Shown: positions 49,941 to 61,508 of the stretch, piece after piece
How the letters are laid out: every line of letters begins with the position of its first letter
Position numbering within the stretch: the first letter of the stretch is position 1
From: an uncultured bacterium
GTDB lineage: Bacteria > Babelota > Babeliae > Babelales > Vermiphilaceae
Direction: 5' to 3'
NCBI GenBank assembly: GCA_963702025.1
Contig: OY969699.1
Span: 1,024,001-1,088,000, forward strand
DNA: 64,000 nucleotides
Position numbers and translations under genes: made by a program
Notes under the pieces: generated by a model
What the model saw: the letters and a program-made list of their open reading frames with translations, nothing else
Database searches by the model: none
What the model was told of the DNA's origin: nothing

Positions 49941-50525
49941 ATGAAAAATCAGTTGATAAAAATTATTTTAGGAATTTCAGCGATCCCTGCTTTTGCCTAC
50001 TCGATGGAAAAACCACTTGATATCGATTTGTTTGTTGGGGCCGTTCGGTTGAATGATATTGAATTGCTAAAACGATTTATCGATAAGGGTGTAAATCTGG
50101 ATGCAATTGATTCTTTGGGTGATACCGCATTAACTGCTGCCGCAGAAAATAATAACACGGCTGCTGCAAAAGTGCTTTTACGCGGTGGGGCAAGCATAGA
50201 TATTTGCAGGACAATGAACATGACGACTGAAACAGCATTGCATGTTGCATCATATAAAGGGAATTCGGAGATGGTTAAAATTCTTTTGGCTGCTGATGCA
50301 AACCCTAATATTTTAGATTCTGATGGCAACACTCCGCTTACTAATGCGGTGCGATTTAGGATGGGCCCTCATCATCATAATCCGGCTATCATAGAGATGC
50401 TCTTGGATCATGGTGCCGATCCCAGCATTGGCAATAAAGACAGCGCTTTAAAATGGGCAGAAGTTTTATTTAAACCGGATATTTTGGCTTTATTACAATT
50501 AGATAGAAAAAAGAAATTGGAGTAA
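49941..50525 (+). CDS. Exported ankyrin-repeat protein
   Basis: Signal peptide-MEK; GDTALTAA, ETALHVA, GNTPLTNA. Confidence 0.9.
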   Translation: MKNQLIKIILGISAIPAFAYSMEKPLDIDLFVGAVRLNDIELLKRFIDKGVNLDAIDSLGDTALTAAAENNNTAAAKVLLRGGASIDICRTMNMTTETALHVASYKGNSEMVKILLAADANPNILDSDGNTPLTNAVRFRMGPHHHNPAIIEMLLDHGADPSIGNKDSALKWAEVLFKPDILALLQLDRKKKLE

Positions 50526-50529
50526 AAAT

Positions 50530-51057
50530 ATGAAATATATTCTTCGAATTAGTTTTTTAGTTCTCGGTTCTTTTAATGTTGCACTTGGCATGGAAAAACC
50601 GCCACAGCGGACAAAGGTGGTGCTGACTCAAAATCAATTTAAAGGCATCAACCTTTTAGTTAAAGGTAATGAGCTTGAAAAGGCTATAATGAATGGATTT
50701 ACTGATGTTGCTTTGCAATTAATTACTCAATATCCAGCATTGGTTAATGATAAGTATTTAAGAACAGGGAGCACGCCCCTTATCGAGGCCGTAAGGACTA
50801 ACCAAGACGTGTTGGTGCAGGCGATGCTCAAAGCAGGAGCGAACGTTGACGCAACCGATGATAACAAAAATACGCCTTTGATACATGCTGGTACATATGA
50901 TCTGAATGGTTCAATAATAACAATGCTTTTGGGTTACGGAGCTGATCCATTGGCAAGAAATAAAAGAAATTTGAGTACATTAGATTTTGCCAAAGTGGTA
51001 CGAAACGCAAATGCAATCAAAATTCTTAGTGAATATACAAAAGCAAAATTAATATAA
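50530..51057 (+). CDS. Exported ankyrin-repeat protein
   Basis: Signal peptide-MEK; GSTPLIEA, NTPLIHA. Confidence 0.88.
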   Translation: MKYILRISFLVLGSFNVALGMEKPPQRTKVVLTQNQFKGINLLVKGNELEKAIMNGFTDVALQLITQYPALVNDKYLRTGSTPLIEAVRTNQDVLVQAMLKAGANVDATDDNKNTPLIHAGTYDLNGSIITMLLGYGADPLARNKRNLSTLDFAKVVRNANAIKILSEYTKAKLI

Positions 51058-51162
51058 TAGCATAAAATTGGCCGAATGACATAGTTTTATTGACTCTCTC
51101 TTCAATTATTTACTATCATGCAATATGATGAAGCGTGCAATGGATTAAAAGAGGGAGATACT

Positions 51163-52335
51163 ATGAACCGTATCGGCAAAGTTTATACTATTGTAACGTC
51201 ACTTTCTATACTTGTTGCGTTGACCATGATTACTCATTACGTAGTAACACAAATACCTAATGGACTTGAAGAAAATATAGATACTTCTACGCCTCCTACT
51301 GATGTTAATGCATTTGATTCCCGTGGCACTACGCCATTGATGCAAGCAGCAATTGATTCCGATTATGAACGAGCAAAAATACTTATTTCCCAAGGAGCCG
51401 ATGTCAACGCGCGCTCTGCAAGTGCCGATCAGGATTATCCACTCAATTACGCATTGGTAAACGGAGGCAAACTCGGAAGCTTAGATGTTGCAAAACTTCT
51501 TATAGCCAACGGTGCCAACGTTAATGCGGCAAATGCCAGAAAAATGACCACAATGCATACGGTGATGTTTGTTAATAATCTTGAAGATCGTTGGGAAATA
51601 TTTAAAGATCTTATGGATCATGGCGCTCATATCAATGCCCAAGCAGAAGATGGCAGCACGATGATGCATATTTCAGTTACATTATGGAATGATGATTGGG
51701 TTAAGCAATTAAATAGTGAATATGCGCAAATCATTAACTACGGCATTAAAGATAATAAAGGTCGTACGCCCATGGATCTTGCTACCGAGCGGGGCACGGT
51801 TAGCTATATTCCCGGTACACAGAGCGTACAAGAAGCCATACGCATTCGGCCACGTTATATCGGTGACGATTTTAATATAACCGCTACTGATAAATATGGC
51901 AGAAATGGGCTCATGCTGGGGGTATTGCGCAGCGATATGCAATTCGTTGATGCGTTAATTAATCGCGGCACCAATCTTGCCGCCCAAGATAAAAAGGGTA
52001 ACACTGCGTTGCATTATGCGGTGGTTACGCTTGATCCGCAAAAATATGTTTCCTATTTGTTAAGACATAAAGCGCCAATTAACATTGCTAATCAGAATGG
52101 AGAAACGCCGCTCTTTTATGTGATGAGAATTTTTGATCGTCCTACGCGTCATGCGATCGCCCAATTATTACTGGCCGCCGGTTCACCGGTTACCAATAAA
52201 AATAGGGCGGGTAAAACGATCACCGATCTGGCAGTTGCTGACCGCGATAAAAAATTGGTTGAGATGGTACGGCAAGAGATAGAAAAACGAGCATCATGGA
52301 CAAAAGATAAATTAGGCAAAGATTTCAAAAGTTAA
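51163..52335 (+). CDS. Membrane-anchored ankyrin-repeat protein
   Basis: N-terminal hydrophobic segment; many repeats (GTTPLMQAA, GNTALHYAV, GETPLF). Confidence 0.9.
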   Translation: MNRIGKVYTIVTSLSILVALTMITHYVVTQIPNGLEENIDTSTPPTDVNAFDSRGTTPLMQAAIDSDYERAKILISQGADVNARSASADQDYPLNYALVNGGKLGSLDVAKLLIANGANVNAANARKMTTMHTVMFVNNLEDRWEIFKDLMDHGAHINAQAEDGSTMMHISVTLWNDDWVKQLNSEYAQIINYGIKDNKGRTPMDLATERGTVSYIPGTQSVQEAIRIRPRYIGDDFNITATDKYGRNGLMLGVLRSDMQFVDALINRGTNLAAQDKKGNTALHYAVVTLDPQKYVSYLLRHKAPINIANQNGETPLFYVMRIFDRPTRHAIAQLLLAAGSPVTNKNRAGKTITDLAVADRDKKLVEMVRQEIEKRASWTKDKLGKDFKS

Positions 52336-52597
52336 ATTTATTTAATATTCTAATAGTTAAAAAATAGATCGATTGATTTTCAATGTTGAAAATACGGCCT
52401 ATTTTTAACGGACACTCGATTTCAGTACCATTTTATTTATTTACCTAAGAAAATTTTAAAAATGACCCGTTTTCGTTCGCGATCTTTAATCTTACGATCT
52501 GATTGCAGTATTAAGAGAATAAAAATTAAATGTATCTAAGAACGGCAACCGTATGATATACTATAATTGCTTTATTGGGTAAAAGCATATTCTAAAA

Positions 52598-53182
52598 ATG
52601 GACTTTCCCTTCAAAAAAGAAAGGGTTTTTTCCATGGATAGAATTAAAGCGGCAACTTTTTGCGTTGACGAAAAAATTGTCTACCCAGGTCATGGCGTTG
52701 CAAAAATAAATCGCATTGTTGAAAAACAGGTCGCCGGAAGTAGGGCATGTTTTTATGAGCTTAAATTTCTTAATAAAGATATGACAATTTTAGTCCCCAC
52801 TCATAACCTATCGTCAGTTGGCATTCGACGCTTAAGCTCAACAGAACATATTACCGATATTTTCAAGACTCTTGTGCAACCATCACAGCGCATTTCGCAA
52901 GAAAGCGCCACTAATTGGAACAAGCGAAACAAAGACTATCAATGCAAGTTGCGTACCGGCGACTTGCAAGAAATATGCAAGATTTACCGCGATCTTAAAA
53001 ATATGTCCGCCTATAAAGAGCTCTCGTTTGGTGAAAAAGCGTTACTTCAACAAACAGAAATGCTCCTTGCTCAAGAAATATCTCTAGTGCAAAATATGGA
53101 TGAGCAGAAGGCAATTGAACATTTGCGATCGTTGTTTAAAAAGCATTCAAATAGCTCTGCGCATGTTGCCACAATGATTTAG
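52598..53182 (+). CDS. carD: CarD-family transcription factor
   Basis: IVYPGHGV..I, ILVP....SVGIR, NWNKR. Confidence 0.9.
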   Translation: MDFPFKKERVFSMDRIKAATFCVDEKIVYPGHGVAKINRIVEKQVAGSRACFYELKFLNKDMTILVPTHNLSSVGIRRLSSTEHITDIFKTLVQPSQRISQESATNWNKRNKDYQCKLRTGDLQEICKIYRDLKNMSAYKELSFGEKALLQQTEMLLAQEISLVQNMDEQKAIEHLRSLFKKHSNSSAHVATMI

Positions 53183-53256
53183 ATTGTCTATCATTACACT
53201 ATAAAGAGGGTTTGATTCGTCAAACCCTTATTATTTTAGTGATGATAGGGTTCTTT

Positions 53257-54207
53257 GTGCCAAACTATTTTATTGTTATTTATGGGCCAACAGGGGTTGG
53301 CAAAACTGATTTTGCTGAGAAAATAGCTTCGGCAATTTCAGGAGAAATTATTAATGCAGACCTTGGCCAGTTTTATACCCCTCTTTCTGTTGGGACAGCC
53401 AAACCAAAATGGCGCGAATCATTAATTCCCCAACATTTGTTTGATATTATTGATACGCCTCAATCAATAAGTGTGGCACAATATAGAACAATGGCGTTGC
53501 AAGAAATTCAAGCTATCTATGCGCGTAAAGCCACTCCCCTTTTAGTAGGAGGATCTGGCTTTTATCTACGATCATTGTTTTTTCCCCCAACTAGCACGAA
53601 CGCCGAAAAAAACGCCCAATCAGCTCGAGAGATAGTAACTGAAAAAAATTGGGAATTATTACACCAGATAGACCCCTTGAGAGCTTCCCGGATTCATCCT
53701 AATGATACCTATCGGATTAATCGTGCGATCGATCTTTATCATGCTACTGGCCACAAACCTTCTGATTTTGCACCTCATTATGAATCGGTCGGAATCCTTT
53801 TATTTCTCTATCTCACCAGAAATAAAGACGATTTATACCAAAGAATAGACCTGCGGACTGATCTCATGATGAAAGAGGGATGGCTGCAAGAGGTTGAGCA
53901 GTTGCGCAACACTTCTTGGGAACCATTTTTAAAGAAGAAAAAAATAATAGGGTATGATGACATTTTGGAGTATCTAGAAAATAAAAATACTGGTAAGCTG
54001 GAACCGTTGATTCAAACAATTGCCCAAAAGACGCGCAACTATGCCAAACGTCAAATAACCTTTGGCAATCAACTCTTTAAAGATTTACAAAAAGCATTGC
54101 AAGATGCCGGTGATTCTAAGAGTCAGTGTGTGCATTATAATTTGTCCGAAGGTTCTATAGAAAGGCATAGTGAGCAGTTGATGAAAATAATTCAGACAAT
54201 GATTTAA
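53257..54207 (+). CDS. miaA: tRNA dimethylallyltransferase
   Basis: GPTGVGKT, GTAKP, VGGSGFY, IHPND..RI.RA, TRNYAKRQ; start (GTG) uncertain. Confidence 0.93.
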   Translation: MPNYFIVIYGPTGVGKTDFAEKIASAISGEIINADLGQFYTPLSVGTAKPKWRESLIPQHLFDIIDTPQSISVAQYRTMALQEIQAIYARKATPLLVGGSGFYLRSLFFPPTSTNAEKNAQSAREIVTEKNWELLHQIDPLRASRIHPNDTYRINRAIDLYHATGHKPSDFAPHYESVGILLFLYLTRNKDDLYQRIDLRTDLMMKEGWLQEVEQLRNTSWEPFLKKKKIIGYDDILEYLENKNTGKLEPLIQTIAQKTRNYAKRQITFGNQLFKDLQKALQDAGDSKSQCVHYNLSEGSIERHSEQLMKIIQTMI

Positions 54208-54219
54208 AGCGAGGTACCA

Positions 54220-54822
54220 ATGTTTAAGAAGAATTTTGAATCGGATTCTACCGTTACACTCACCGCCCGCACCCTGAGTTTGTTGGTTGCTGCCTTGTTA
54301 GCATTTTCTTTTATTATTTTTATCGCGGGTTACTATTTTGGTAAAAAAAATGCGACGGAAGAATTTTTATATAAAACTGATCAAGATTCTTTTGCCGATC
54401 AAATTTATTCATCGATGTGTGTTTTGTATGATGCCAAAGATGAAAATGAAGATGCTGCTGAAAACTCAGATGATGTAGAAAATGTTGAAGCAAATGATTC
54501 AGTTGAACAAAAAGATGATACTGCACCAAAAGTTGTTACTCTCGATCAACCGGCACAAAAAAAATATACTGTAGCGCTCGCTGGCTTTTCGGCAAGCAGA
54601 AAGATTCATGGTCAGGCAATGGTGGATCGGTTGACAAAAAAGGGGTACGCTGCTCAGTTAGTGGAAATTCCAAGTGAAACAGTGTCAGGTAAGAAAATTA
54701 TTTGGTATCAGGTAAATATAGAATTTTCAGCAGCCGATGATACTCTTGATAAAATTAAACATGAGATTAGTAAAATTGCACAGGTTAATGAAAAAAGTAT
54801 TAGTTTTCATGAATGCGCATAA
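54220..54822 (+). CDS. Membrane protein with degenerate SPOR-like C-terminus (FtsN-like)
   Basis: Single TM, acidic linker, YTVALAGF...LTKKGY...WYQV. Confidence 0.6.
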   Translation: MFKKNFESDSTVTLTARTLSLLVAALLAFSFIIFIAGYYFGKKNATEEFLYKTDQDSFADQIYSSMCVLYDAKDENEDAAENSDDVENVEANDSVEQKDDTAPKVVTLDQPAQKKYTVALAGFSASRKIHGQAMVDRLTKKGYAAQLVEIPSETVSGKKIIWYQVNIEFSAADDTLDKIKHEISKIAQVNEKSISFHECA

Positions 54823-54843
54823 AATTATGAAAGGCTTACGAAT

Positions 54844-56805
54844 ATGATTACCGCAATCCGCAGAAGTTTTAAAAGCAAAATTTACAAAGTTGTCTTGTGG
54901 ATAACATTTTTAGCAGTTGGTGGCGTTTTTTCAATTTTTGAATTTTTTAGAATTTTTTTTAGCGTTGGGAATAAAAGTGAATGGGTTTTGGATATAAACG
55001 GTCATAAGATTTATACTCCTGAATTTGCGCGTGTTGCCGCAGATCAAGAGGAACGCATTCGCATAATGCGAGCTCAGTATGGACAATATGCTGATCTTTA
55101 TTTTCAAATGATGGGAATAAAACTTGATCCGCAATCACTTGCTGCTAACGAGATAATTCGAAAAGAGTTATTGAATGAACAAGCAAATAAACTTCCTCTT
55201 TATGTAAGCAATGATATTGCGCAATCTCAGTTGCAAAATCCAATCGCCATATCGCAAGAATTATCTGACTTGGTACCATTTTCCACCTGGGATCATAGTT
55301 TAAACGGAGTAAATCCTCTCGCGCTTAATCGTTATTTGCAACATATTGGTATGACCACTACTGCGTTTAATCATCAGCTAGCACGGGCAGTTAAAAGAGC
55401 CGATCTTAAAAAATTGATTGAACATAGTTCCTACGTGCCAAATTTTGAAATCAAATCGCAATTTGCTCAAAATTTCTTGAAAAGTAAATTTTCTATTGCA
55501 ACAATTTCGGGGCAAGATTTATTAAATACCGTTAAAAAAGAGGCGGTAAGCGATGAATCACTCAAAGCTTATTATGACCTTAAGAATGCTCAAGAACAAA
55601 AATATAGAGTGCCAGAAAAACGGTCCGCTCGGATAGCCACTTTTGAACCGGCCAATTACGGAATTTCGGTTTCTGATGAGGAGATTGCAAATTATTATAA
55701 CAATAACAAGGCACAGTTCATTGATCAGCCGGCACAAGTGCAGGTCCGCCGTATTCTCTTTAAAGTTGAGGATCCTTCAAAAGAACAAGAAGTAAAAACC
55801 CTTGCGCAAGAAGTGCTTGCTAAAGCAACACAAAATCCAAAAAGCTTTGCGGATCTTGCAAAAGAATACTCCAAAGATGATAAAACAGTTGCACAAGGTG
55901 GTTTAATGCCCTATTTTGCAAAGGGCCAGCACGATAAAACCTTTGAGCGAGCCGCCTTTATTTTAAAAGATGATGGCTCAATTTCAGAGCTGATCAGAAC
56001 TGCCGATGGATACGAAATAGTACAACGGATTGGTAAAAAATTACAAACATTTAAGCCACTGGCAACAGTAAGTAAAGATATCAAAGAAATTGTACTTAAG
56101 AAAAAGTTTGCCGATCAGTTTACTGCCGATACGCGAAAATTATCAAACCAAGCAGATAATAAGGAAGCTGTTGCGCAATTTATAAAAGAAAAGAATGGCA
56201 AAGCAAATGAAATGACTACCACTGAGAATAACAATATGGTGCTTACTCGCATTATTTTTAAGCTTAAAAAAGGGGAAAGCTCATCTTTCCAAGAAAATGG
56301 TGCCGGAAAACTGGTAACATTGAATGATATTAAGCAGAGTTATGTGCCGGAACTTTCGGAAATTAAGGATCGCGTGAAAGAAGATTTCTATGCTCAAAAA
56401 GCTAAAGAGGCGCTGGAAAAACAGCTCAATGAAGCAAAAAACGCCACTCGTTCCTTTGATTCACTGGGTAAAGTAGAAAAGACAGGATGGCTTATTCATT
56501 CTCAGGATAGTAAAGATGACCAAAAAGAACTCACTGAACTGACCAAAAAAGGAATCGACCTGGGCAAAATGTTTCAGCTAGAAAATAAAGGTGCTATAAC
56601 TGGCTACGAAAGAAACGGAAATGGCTATGTCATTCGGCTCGATGAACGTGCTCCTTTTGATGAAACATTGTTTAAAGATAAAAAAGAGCTCCTCCTTAGC
56701 CAGGCTAAAGAGCAGAAAAAATCCTTTATAATGGCCGGATTTGTTGCTTCTTTATATAGAAATGCTAAAATTAACAGAAATAAATCTCAATTTCCAATCG
56801 AATAA
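54844..56805 (+). CDS. PpiD/SurA-type parvulin peptidyl-prolyl isomerase
   Basis: N-terminal [18 protein letters not shown]....QGG.M, FERAAF. Confidence 0.85.
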   Translation: MITAIRRSFKSKIYKVVLWITFLAVGGVFSIFEFFRIFFSVGNKSEWVLDINGHKIYTPEFARVAADQEERIRIMRAQYGQYADLYFQMMGIKLDPQSLAANEIIRKELLNEQANKLPLYVSNDIAQSQLQNPIAISQELSDLVPFSTWDHSLNGVNPLALNRYLQHIGMTTTAFNHQLARAVKRADLKKLIEHSSYVPNFEIKSQFAQNFLKSKFSIATISGQDLLNTVKKEAVSDESLKAYYDLKNAQEQKYRVPEKRSARIATFEPANYGISVSDEEIANYYNNNKAQFIDQPAQVQVRRILFKVEDPSKEQEVKTLAQEVLAKATQNPKSFADLAKEYSKDDKTVAQGGLMPYFAKGQHDKTFERAAFILKDDGSISELIRTADGYEIVQRIGKKLQTFKPLATVSKDIKEIVLKKKFADQFTADTRKLSNQADNKEAVAQFIKEKNGKANEMTTTENNNMVLTRIIFKLKKGESSSFQENGAGKLVTLNDIKQSYVPELSEIKDRVKEDFYAQKAKEALEKQLNEAKNATRSFDSLGKVEKTGWLIHSQDSKDDQKELTELTKKGIDLGKMFQLENKGAITGYERNGNGYVIRLDERAPFDETLFKDKKELLLSQAKEQKKSFIMAGFVASLYRNAKINRNKSQFPIE

Positions 56806-56822
56806 TAAAGAAAAAACACGCT

Positions 56823-57908
56823 ATGAAAAATACATCAAAAGAGACAGCAGCTAAAGGGAAGCCTGCTGAATCTCCTGAGAAAGTTCTTAAAAAGAAGGCC
56901 CTTGAAGTTACCTTTTCTCAAATAGATAAGCAGTATGGAAATGGTGCTGTGATGCTTTTGGGACAAGCAGGTAATACTCGCGTTGAAGCCATTTCAACCG
57001 GCTCTATCCTCATCGACCATGCAATCGGCATTGGTGGGTTACCGGTGGGGCGTGTTGTTGAAATATTTGGACCTGAAGCATCAGGAAAAACCACGCTGGC
57101 AATGCATGCTGTTGCCCAAGCGCAAAGTAAAGGTGGCATTTGCGCTTTTATCGACGCAGAACATGCGCTCGATCCAGCCTATGCAGCCAACTTGGGAATC
57201 AATATTGATGATCTCATTATTTCGCAGCCTGATTATGGCGAGCAAGCTCTTGATATTGCTGAAATGCTTATTAGATCAGGAGCGGTTGATATTGTGGTGA
57301 TCGATTCGGTAGCGGCACTTGTGCCAAAGGCTGAGCTTGAAGGGGAAATGGGTGATTCTCATATGGGTCTTCAGGCTCGTTTGATGTCTCAAGCCCTGAG
57401 AAAATTAACACCTGTTGTGCATAAATCAAAAACAGTGTTAATTTTTATCAATCAAATTCGCCAAAATATTGGCGCAATGCCATTTGCTCCCAAAGAGACA
57501 ACAACCGGTGGCAATGCTCTTAAATTTTATGCTTCGTTACGGCTTGATGTGCGAAGAATCGCAAGTTTAAAAAAAGATGACCGCCATATTGGTAATAGAA
57601 TATCGGTCAAAATTGTAAAAAATAAAGTTGCTCCTCCCTTTAAGCATGTAGAGCTTGATCTGCTATTTAGCGAAGGAATCAGCAAAGAGCTTGAACTTCT
57701 TGATGCAGCGATTAATAATAATGTTATAGTGCAATCTGGATCATGGTTTTCATTTAATGATGCTAAGATTGCGCAAGGGCGCGACCAAGCCTTACAATTT
57801 TTAAAAACAAATAAAGATGCTTTTGAACAAGTATTAGAACGTGTTCTGAATGCAGTGAATATGCAAAAAGTTACTCCAGCAAAGCCTGAACCAGCGAAAG
57901 CATCATAA
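56823..57908 (+). CDS. recA: Recombinase RecA
   Basis: [36 protein letters not shown]. Confidence 0.98.
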   Translation: MKNTSKETAAKGKPAESPEKVLKKKALEVTFSQIDKQYGNGAVMLLGQAGNTRVEAISTGSILIDHAIGIGGLPVGRVVEIFGPEASGKTTLAMHAVAQAQSKGGICAFIDAEHALDPAYAANLGINIDDLIISQPDYGEQALDIAEMLIRSGAVDIVVIDSVAALVPKAELEGEMGDSHMGLQARLMSQALRKLTPVVHKSKTVLIFINQIRQNIGAMPFAPKETTTGGNALKFYASLRLDVRRIASLKKDDRHIGNRISVKIVKNKVAPPFKHVELDLLFSEGISKELELLDAAINNNVIVQSGSWFSFNDAKIAQGRDQALQFLKTNKDAFEQVLERVLNAVNMQKVTPAKPEPAKAS

Positions 57909-57920
57909 TATTGGGTGTTT

Positions 57921-58499
57921 ATGGATATATCAAACAAGGGTAATGTGAATTTAAAAGAGAAAAAAGAAACAGGGCCTCTCTTAAATGAGAGAATACGGGC
58001 GCCACGGCTGCAATTAATTGCAGAAGATGGTCACAATATTGGTATTGTTTCTCGTGGTGAAGCGTTAAAATTGGCCCAAGAAGCCGGTCTTGATTTGGTT
58101 ATTATTGCCGAAGAGGGCCGCGAAGGGGTGCCGGTTGCTAAAGTTATGGATTTTGGCAAGGCGCTCTATGAGAAGAAAAAGAAGCAGCATGAAGCCAAAA
58201 AACATCAAAAAGTGATCCAGATAAAAGAAGTTAAAATGGGTCCTAAAATTGGTGAACATGATTTTCAGACCAAAATGCGTCAGGCGATAGATTTTCTCAA
58301 CGAAGGAAAGCGGGTTAAGATAACACTGTTTTTCAAGGGACGAGAAAATGCTAACAAGCATGAACGCGGTGCTGAGCTCTTTGATAAAATTACTAAGACC
58401 TTTGAAGAGCATGATATTCTCAAAAATCTGAACCAAGAACCCGATACTCGAATGGGTTCATTGTGGTCACGCGTTTATTTTTTAAAAAATGTTAAATAA
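57921..58499 (+). CDS. infC: Translation initiation factor IF-3
   Basis: NERIRA, AGLDLV, KVMDFGK, KEVK, FL.EG.RVK; start uncertain. Confidence 0.95.
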   Translation: MDISNKGNVNLKEKKETGPLLNERIRAPRLQLIAEDGHNIGIVSRGEALKLAQEAGLDLVIIAEEGREGVPVAKVMDFGKALYEKKKKQHEAKKHQKVIQIKEVKMGPKIGEHDFQTKMRQAIDFLNEGKRVKITLFFKGRENANKHERGAELFDKITKTFEEHDILKNLNQEPDTRMGSLWSRVYFLKNVK

Positions 58500-58519
58500 C
58501 TAATTGACTGGATTATAAA

Positions 58520-58717
58520 ATGCCTAAAATGAAAACTCGCTCTTCAGCCAAAAAGAGATTTAAAAAAATTGGCAAGCGTCTCATTAAACGCGCAAGAGCA
58601 TTTCGTCGCCATTTGTTGACCAAAAAATCTGCAAAACGCAAAGATCAATTGCGTCGCCCTGCGTACGTAAATCCTTCTGATGTTGGCAGAATTTCTAAAA
58701 TGCTGCCTAATGATTAA
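58520..58717 (+). CDS. rpmI: 50S ribosomal protein L35
   Basis: [14 protein letters not shown]...HLLTKKS. Confidence 0.96.
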   Translation: MPKMKTRSSAKKRFKKIGKRLIKRARAFRRHLLTKKSAKRKDQLRRPAYVNPSDVGRISKMLPND

Positions 58718-58753
58718 TAAGTATACAATTAAAGCTTTATTTGGAGCACTACT

Positions 58754-59101
58754 ATGTCACGAGTAAAACGTGGAACGGTTACTAAGAAACGTCATAAAAG
58801 ACTGTTAAAAAAAACTAAGGGATATTGGGGACAACGTAAAAACGTTTTCATGCGTGCTAAAGAAACATTAACGCGCGCTATGGCTTTTGCATTTAAGGGC
58901 CGTAAACTTAAAAAACGTGATATGCGTGGGCTGTTTATAGCGCGAATCAAAGCAGCGAGTGTTGCCCATGGTCTTCCGTATAATCGATTTATCTCGGGTT
59001 TGAAACAAGCAAATATAAATCTTAACAGAAAAATGTTAAGTCAACTGGCGATTTGTGAGCCCCAAGCTTTTGCTCAGCTGGTAGCTATTGCGCAAAAATA
59101 A
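58754..59101 (+). CDS. rplT: 50S ribosomal protein L20
   Basis: MSRVKRG...KGYWG...RK.KKRDMR.LFI.RI. Confidence 0.97.
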   Translation: MSRVKRGTVTKKRHKRLLKKTKGYWGQRKNVFMRAKETLTRAMAFAFKGRKLKKRDMRGLFIARIKAASVAHGLPYNRFISGLKQANINLNRKMLSQLAICEPQAFAQLVAIAQK

Positions 59102-59180
59102 AATAGCATATTCTTGACTTGCTCCGTGCTACTTGTTTAGAATGACGCTGAAATACGCTTTTTAACAAGAAGGGGGAGTA

Positions 59181-59471
59181 ATGGATGCATTAAAAATATT
59201 TGAAGAAAAATTGGTTAAGTTGGCAGAAAAAATTAAGGATCTTCTTGCAGAAAATAGCCAACTTGCCGAGGAAGCAAAAGAATTAAGAACGGAAAACTCT
59301 AATCTTGCAGAAGAAAATGCGCAACTTGCAGCAAAATTGTCGATGCTCGAAAAATCATTATTAGATGATTCTCGCCGCATTGACGAATTGAGACAAGAGA
59401 AGGAATTGACCAGACTTGTTGTTGATGACTTGATTAAAAGTATAGATTCACTCGTTGAAAATCAAAGCTGA
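59181..59471 (+). CDS. ZapB-like coiled-coil protein
   Basis: Heptad repeats (LAEEN...), position upstream of zapA. Confidence 0.65.
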   Translation: MDALKIFEEKLVKLAEKIKDLLAENSQLAEEAKELRTENSNLAEENAQLAAKLSMLEKSLLDDSRRIDELRQEKELTRLVVDDLIKSIDSLVENQS

Positions 59472-59475
59472 TATC

Positions 59476-59766
59476 ATGAAGAATAATTATAAATTATCTA
59501 TTTTTGGTGACGCTTATTCGGTTGTCAGTGATGAATCGATTGCCCAAGTTACTCAAGCAGCTTCGATGGTTGATTCGCTCATGAAAGAAATAACATCAAA
59601 AATCTCCCAAGTTGATGAAAAGCGGATTGCAGTGCTTGTTGCTCTTCAACTTGCCAGTAAATATCTTGCGCTCAAATCACAACTTGAAGAGACTGGAATA
59701 AAACATCGGCAATTGATCAATTATATGGACCAGGATTGCTTGTCACAATTTAAAGAAGATAAATAG
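59476..59766 (+). CDS. zapA: Cell division protein ZapA
   Basis: LSIFGDAYSV, A.MVD..M, RIAVLVALQLA. Confidence 0.82.
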   Translation: MKNNYKLSIFGDAYSVVSDESIAQVTQAASMVDSLMKEITSKISQVDEKRIAVLVALQLASKYLALKSQLEETGIKHRQLINYMDQDCLSQFKEDK

Positions 59767-59796
59767 TTCTCGTATTTTTTTCTTCGTTCAAATTTT

Positions 59797-59822
59797 TTAA
59801 CCATCCATAACTGGATGGTTAA
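59797..59822. terminator. Hairpin, probable terminator after zapA
   Basis: TTAACCATCCA-TAAC-TGGATGGTTAA followed by TTCTTTT. Confidence 0.6.
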
Positions 59823-59928
59823 TTCTTTTATTGGTTTAATTAATCCAAGCGATTAAATATGCTACACTGATGAATAATATATGGTAATTTTATAAATTGA
59901 ATTGAATTAAGTCCTTAGGAAAACGAGT

Positions 59929-61494
59929 ATGGCGGTATCATTGTCTCTACTATTAAACGGTATTGGCGCACTAGGAATCGGTGTGAGCGCAATACTAATG
60001 TATTTGGCACGAAAAAAAGTTGCACTTGCCCATCGATTGCTCAGCGAATCTCATGAAGAATTTAAAAATGCAAAGCGTGAGATCGAAAATGAAAAAAGAG
60101 AAGCATTACTCAAAGTTAAAGATGAAATATATAAAAAACGGAGTGACTTTGACCTCGAAATAAAAAGGGATCGTTCAGAAATAGATCGCATGCAAGCAAA
60201 ACTGAATGCGCGCTATGAGGCGATAGAAAAAAAAGAGCATGATAATGATGATCTTAAAAGGGAATTGCAACAAAAAGAGCGTAATCTTTCTCGTACTGAA
60301 GATATTTTGCGTGCTAATGAAAATAAGCTTAAGACGGTATATGCAGAACTTATTTCTAAGCTGGAGCGCATTAGTGGAATGACCAAAGATGAGGCGCGTC
60401 AAGCGCTTATCAGCACTCTGGAAGATGAAGTGCGGCTCTCTACTCAAAAATGGGTTCAAAAAGTTGAAGAAGATGCGCGCCAGGTGGCTAAAGAAAAGTC
60501 TGTCCAAATCGTTGCCACCGCTATGCAACGGTATACTGCGGATCAGGTTGGTGCTCATTCTTCCAGTGTGGTCCATTTGCCCAACGATGAAATGAAGGGA
60601 CGCATAATTGGCAAAGAGGGGCGTAATATTAAATCATTAGAGATGGCCACGGGGATGGAGTTTGTTATTGGTGAAACACCAGAAATTATTACTATTTCGG
60701 GATTTAATCCTATTCGCCGAGAAATTGCGCGCCGTACCCTTGAAAAATTAATTATTGATGGGCGAATTAATCCAACGCGCATTGAAGAAACGGTGACACA
60801 ATGCGAGAAAGAAATTGAGGAAATGATTCAAGAATATGGTCGCCAAGTGGTTCTTGAGTTTAATTTACAGGGAATACATCCGGAAATTATTACTGCCTTA
60901 GGTAAACTCTACTTTAGAACATCCTATTCTCAAAATGTGCTCGATCACTCAAAAGAGGTAGGTCTTTTTGCGCGCATGATTGCTGAAGAATTGGGTCTTG
61001 ATGGTGCCATAGCATTGCGTGCGGGATTATTACATGACATTGGTAAAGCAGTGACAGCGGAAGTGGAAGGACCTCATGCAAAAATTGGGGGCGATATGGC
61101 AAAGCGCTGTGGGGAAGATGCAATAGTTGTCAATGCTATTGCGGCGCACCATGAAGAGGTTCCCTTTGCCTCGGTGTATGCAATTATTGTGGTGATTGCG
61201 GACACCATTTCTGCCTCACGTCCGGGCGCACGTCGCGAAACACTTGCTGCCTATATCAAACGGCTTGAAAAATTAGAAGAAATTGCATTATCATTTGATG
61301 GCATTAAAAAAGCATATGCATTACAAGCGGGGCGCGAAGTGCGCATTATTGTTGAAGAAGATCTCATGGATGATGAAAAAGCAACAATCTTGGCACGAAA
61401 TATTGCGCGCAAAATTGAACAAGATATGAACTTCCCTGGCCAGATTAAAGTGAATGTGATTCGTGAAAAACGTGCCGTTGAATATGCACGATAA
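59929..61494 (+). CDS. rny: Ribonuclease Y
   Basis: N-terminal TM, coiled coil, KGRIIGKEGRNI (KH), LLHDIGK (HD), SASRPGAR. Confidence 0.96.
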   Translation: MAVSLSLLLNGIGALGIGVSAILMYLARKKVALAHRLLSESHEEFKNAKREIENEKREALLKVKDEIYKKRSDFDLEIKRDRSEIDRMQAKLNARYEAIEKKEHDNDDLKRELQQKERNLSRTEDILRANENKLKTVYAELISKLERISGMTKDEARQALISTLEDEVRLSTQKWVQKVEEDARQVAKEKSVQIVATAMQRYTADQVGAHSSSVVHLPNDEMKGRIIGKEGRNIKSLEMATGMEFVIGETPEIITISGFNPIRREIARRTLEKLIIDGRINPTRIEETVTQCEKEIEEMIQEYGRQVVLEFNLQGIHPEIITALGKLYFRTSYSQNVLDHSKEVGLFARMIAEELGLDGAIALRAGLLHDIGKAVTAEVEGPHAKIGGDMAKRCGEDAIVVNAIAAHHEEVPFASVYAIIVVIADTISASRPGARRETLAAYIKRLEKLEEIALSFDGIKKAYALQAGREVRIIVEEDLMDDEKATILARNIARKIEQDMNFPGQIKVNVIREKRAVEYAR

Positions 61495-61508
61495 CATAAG
61501 AGTTTTTT

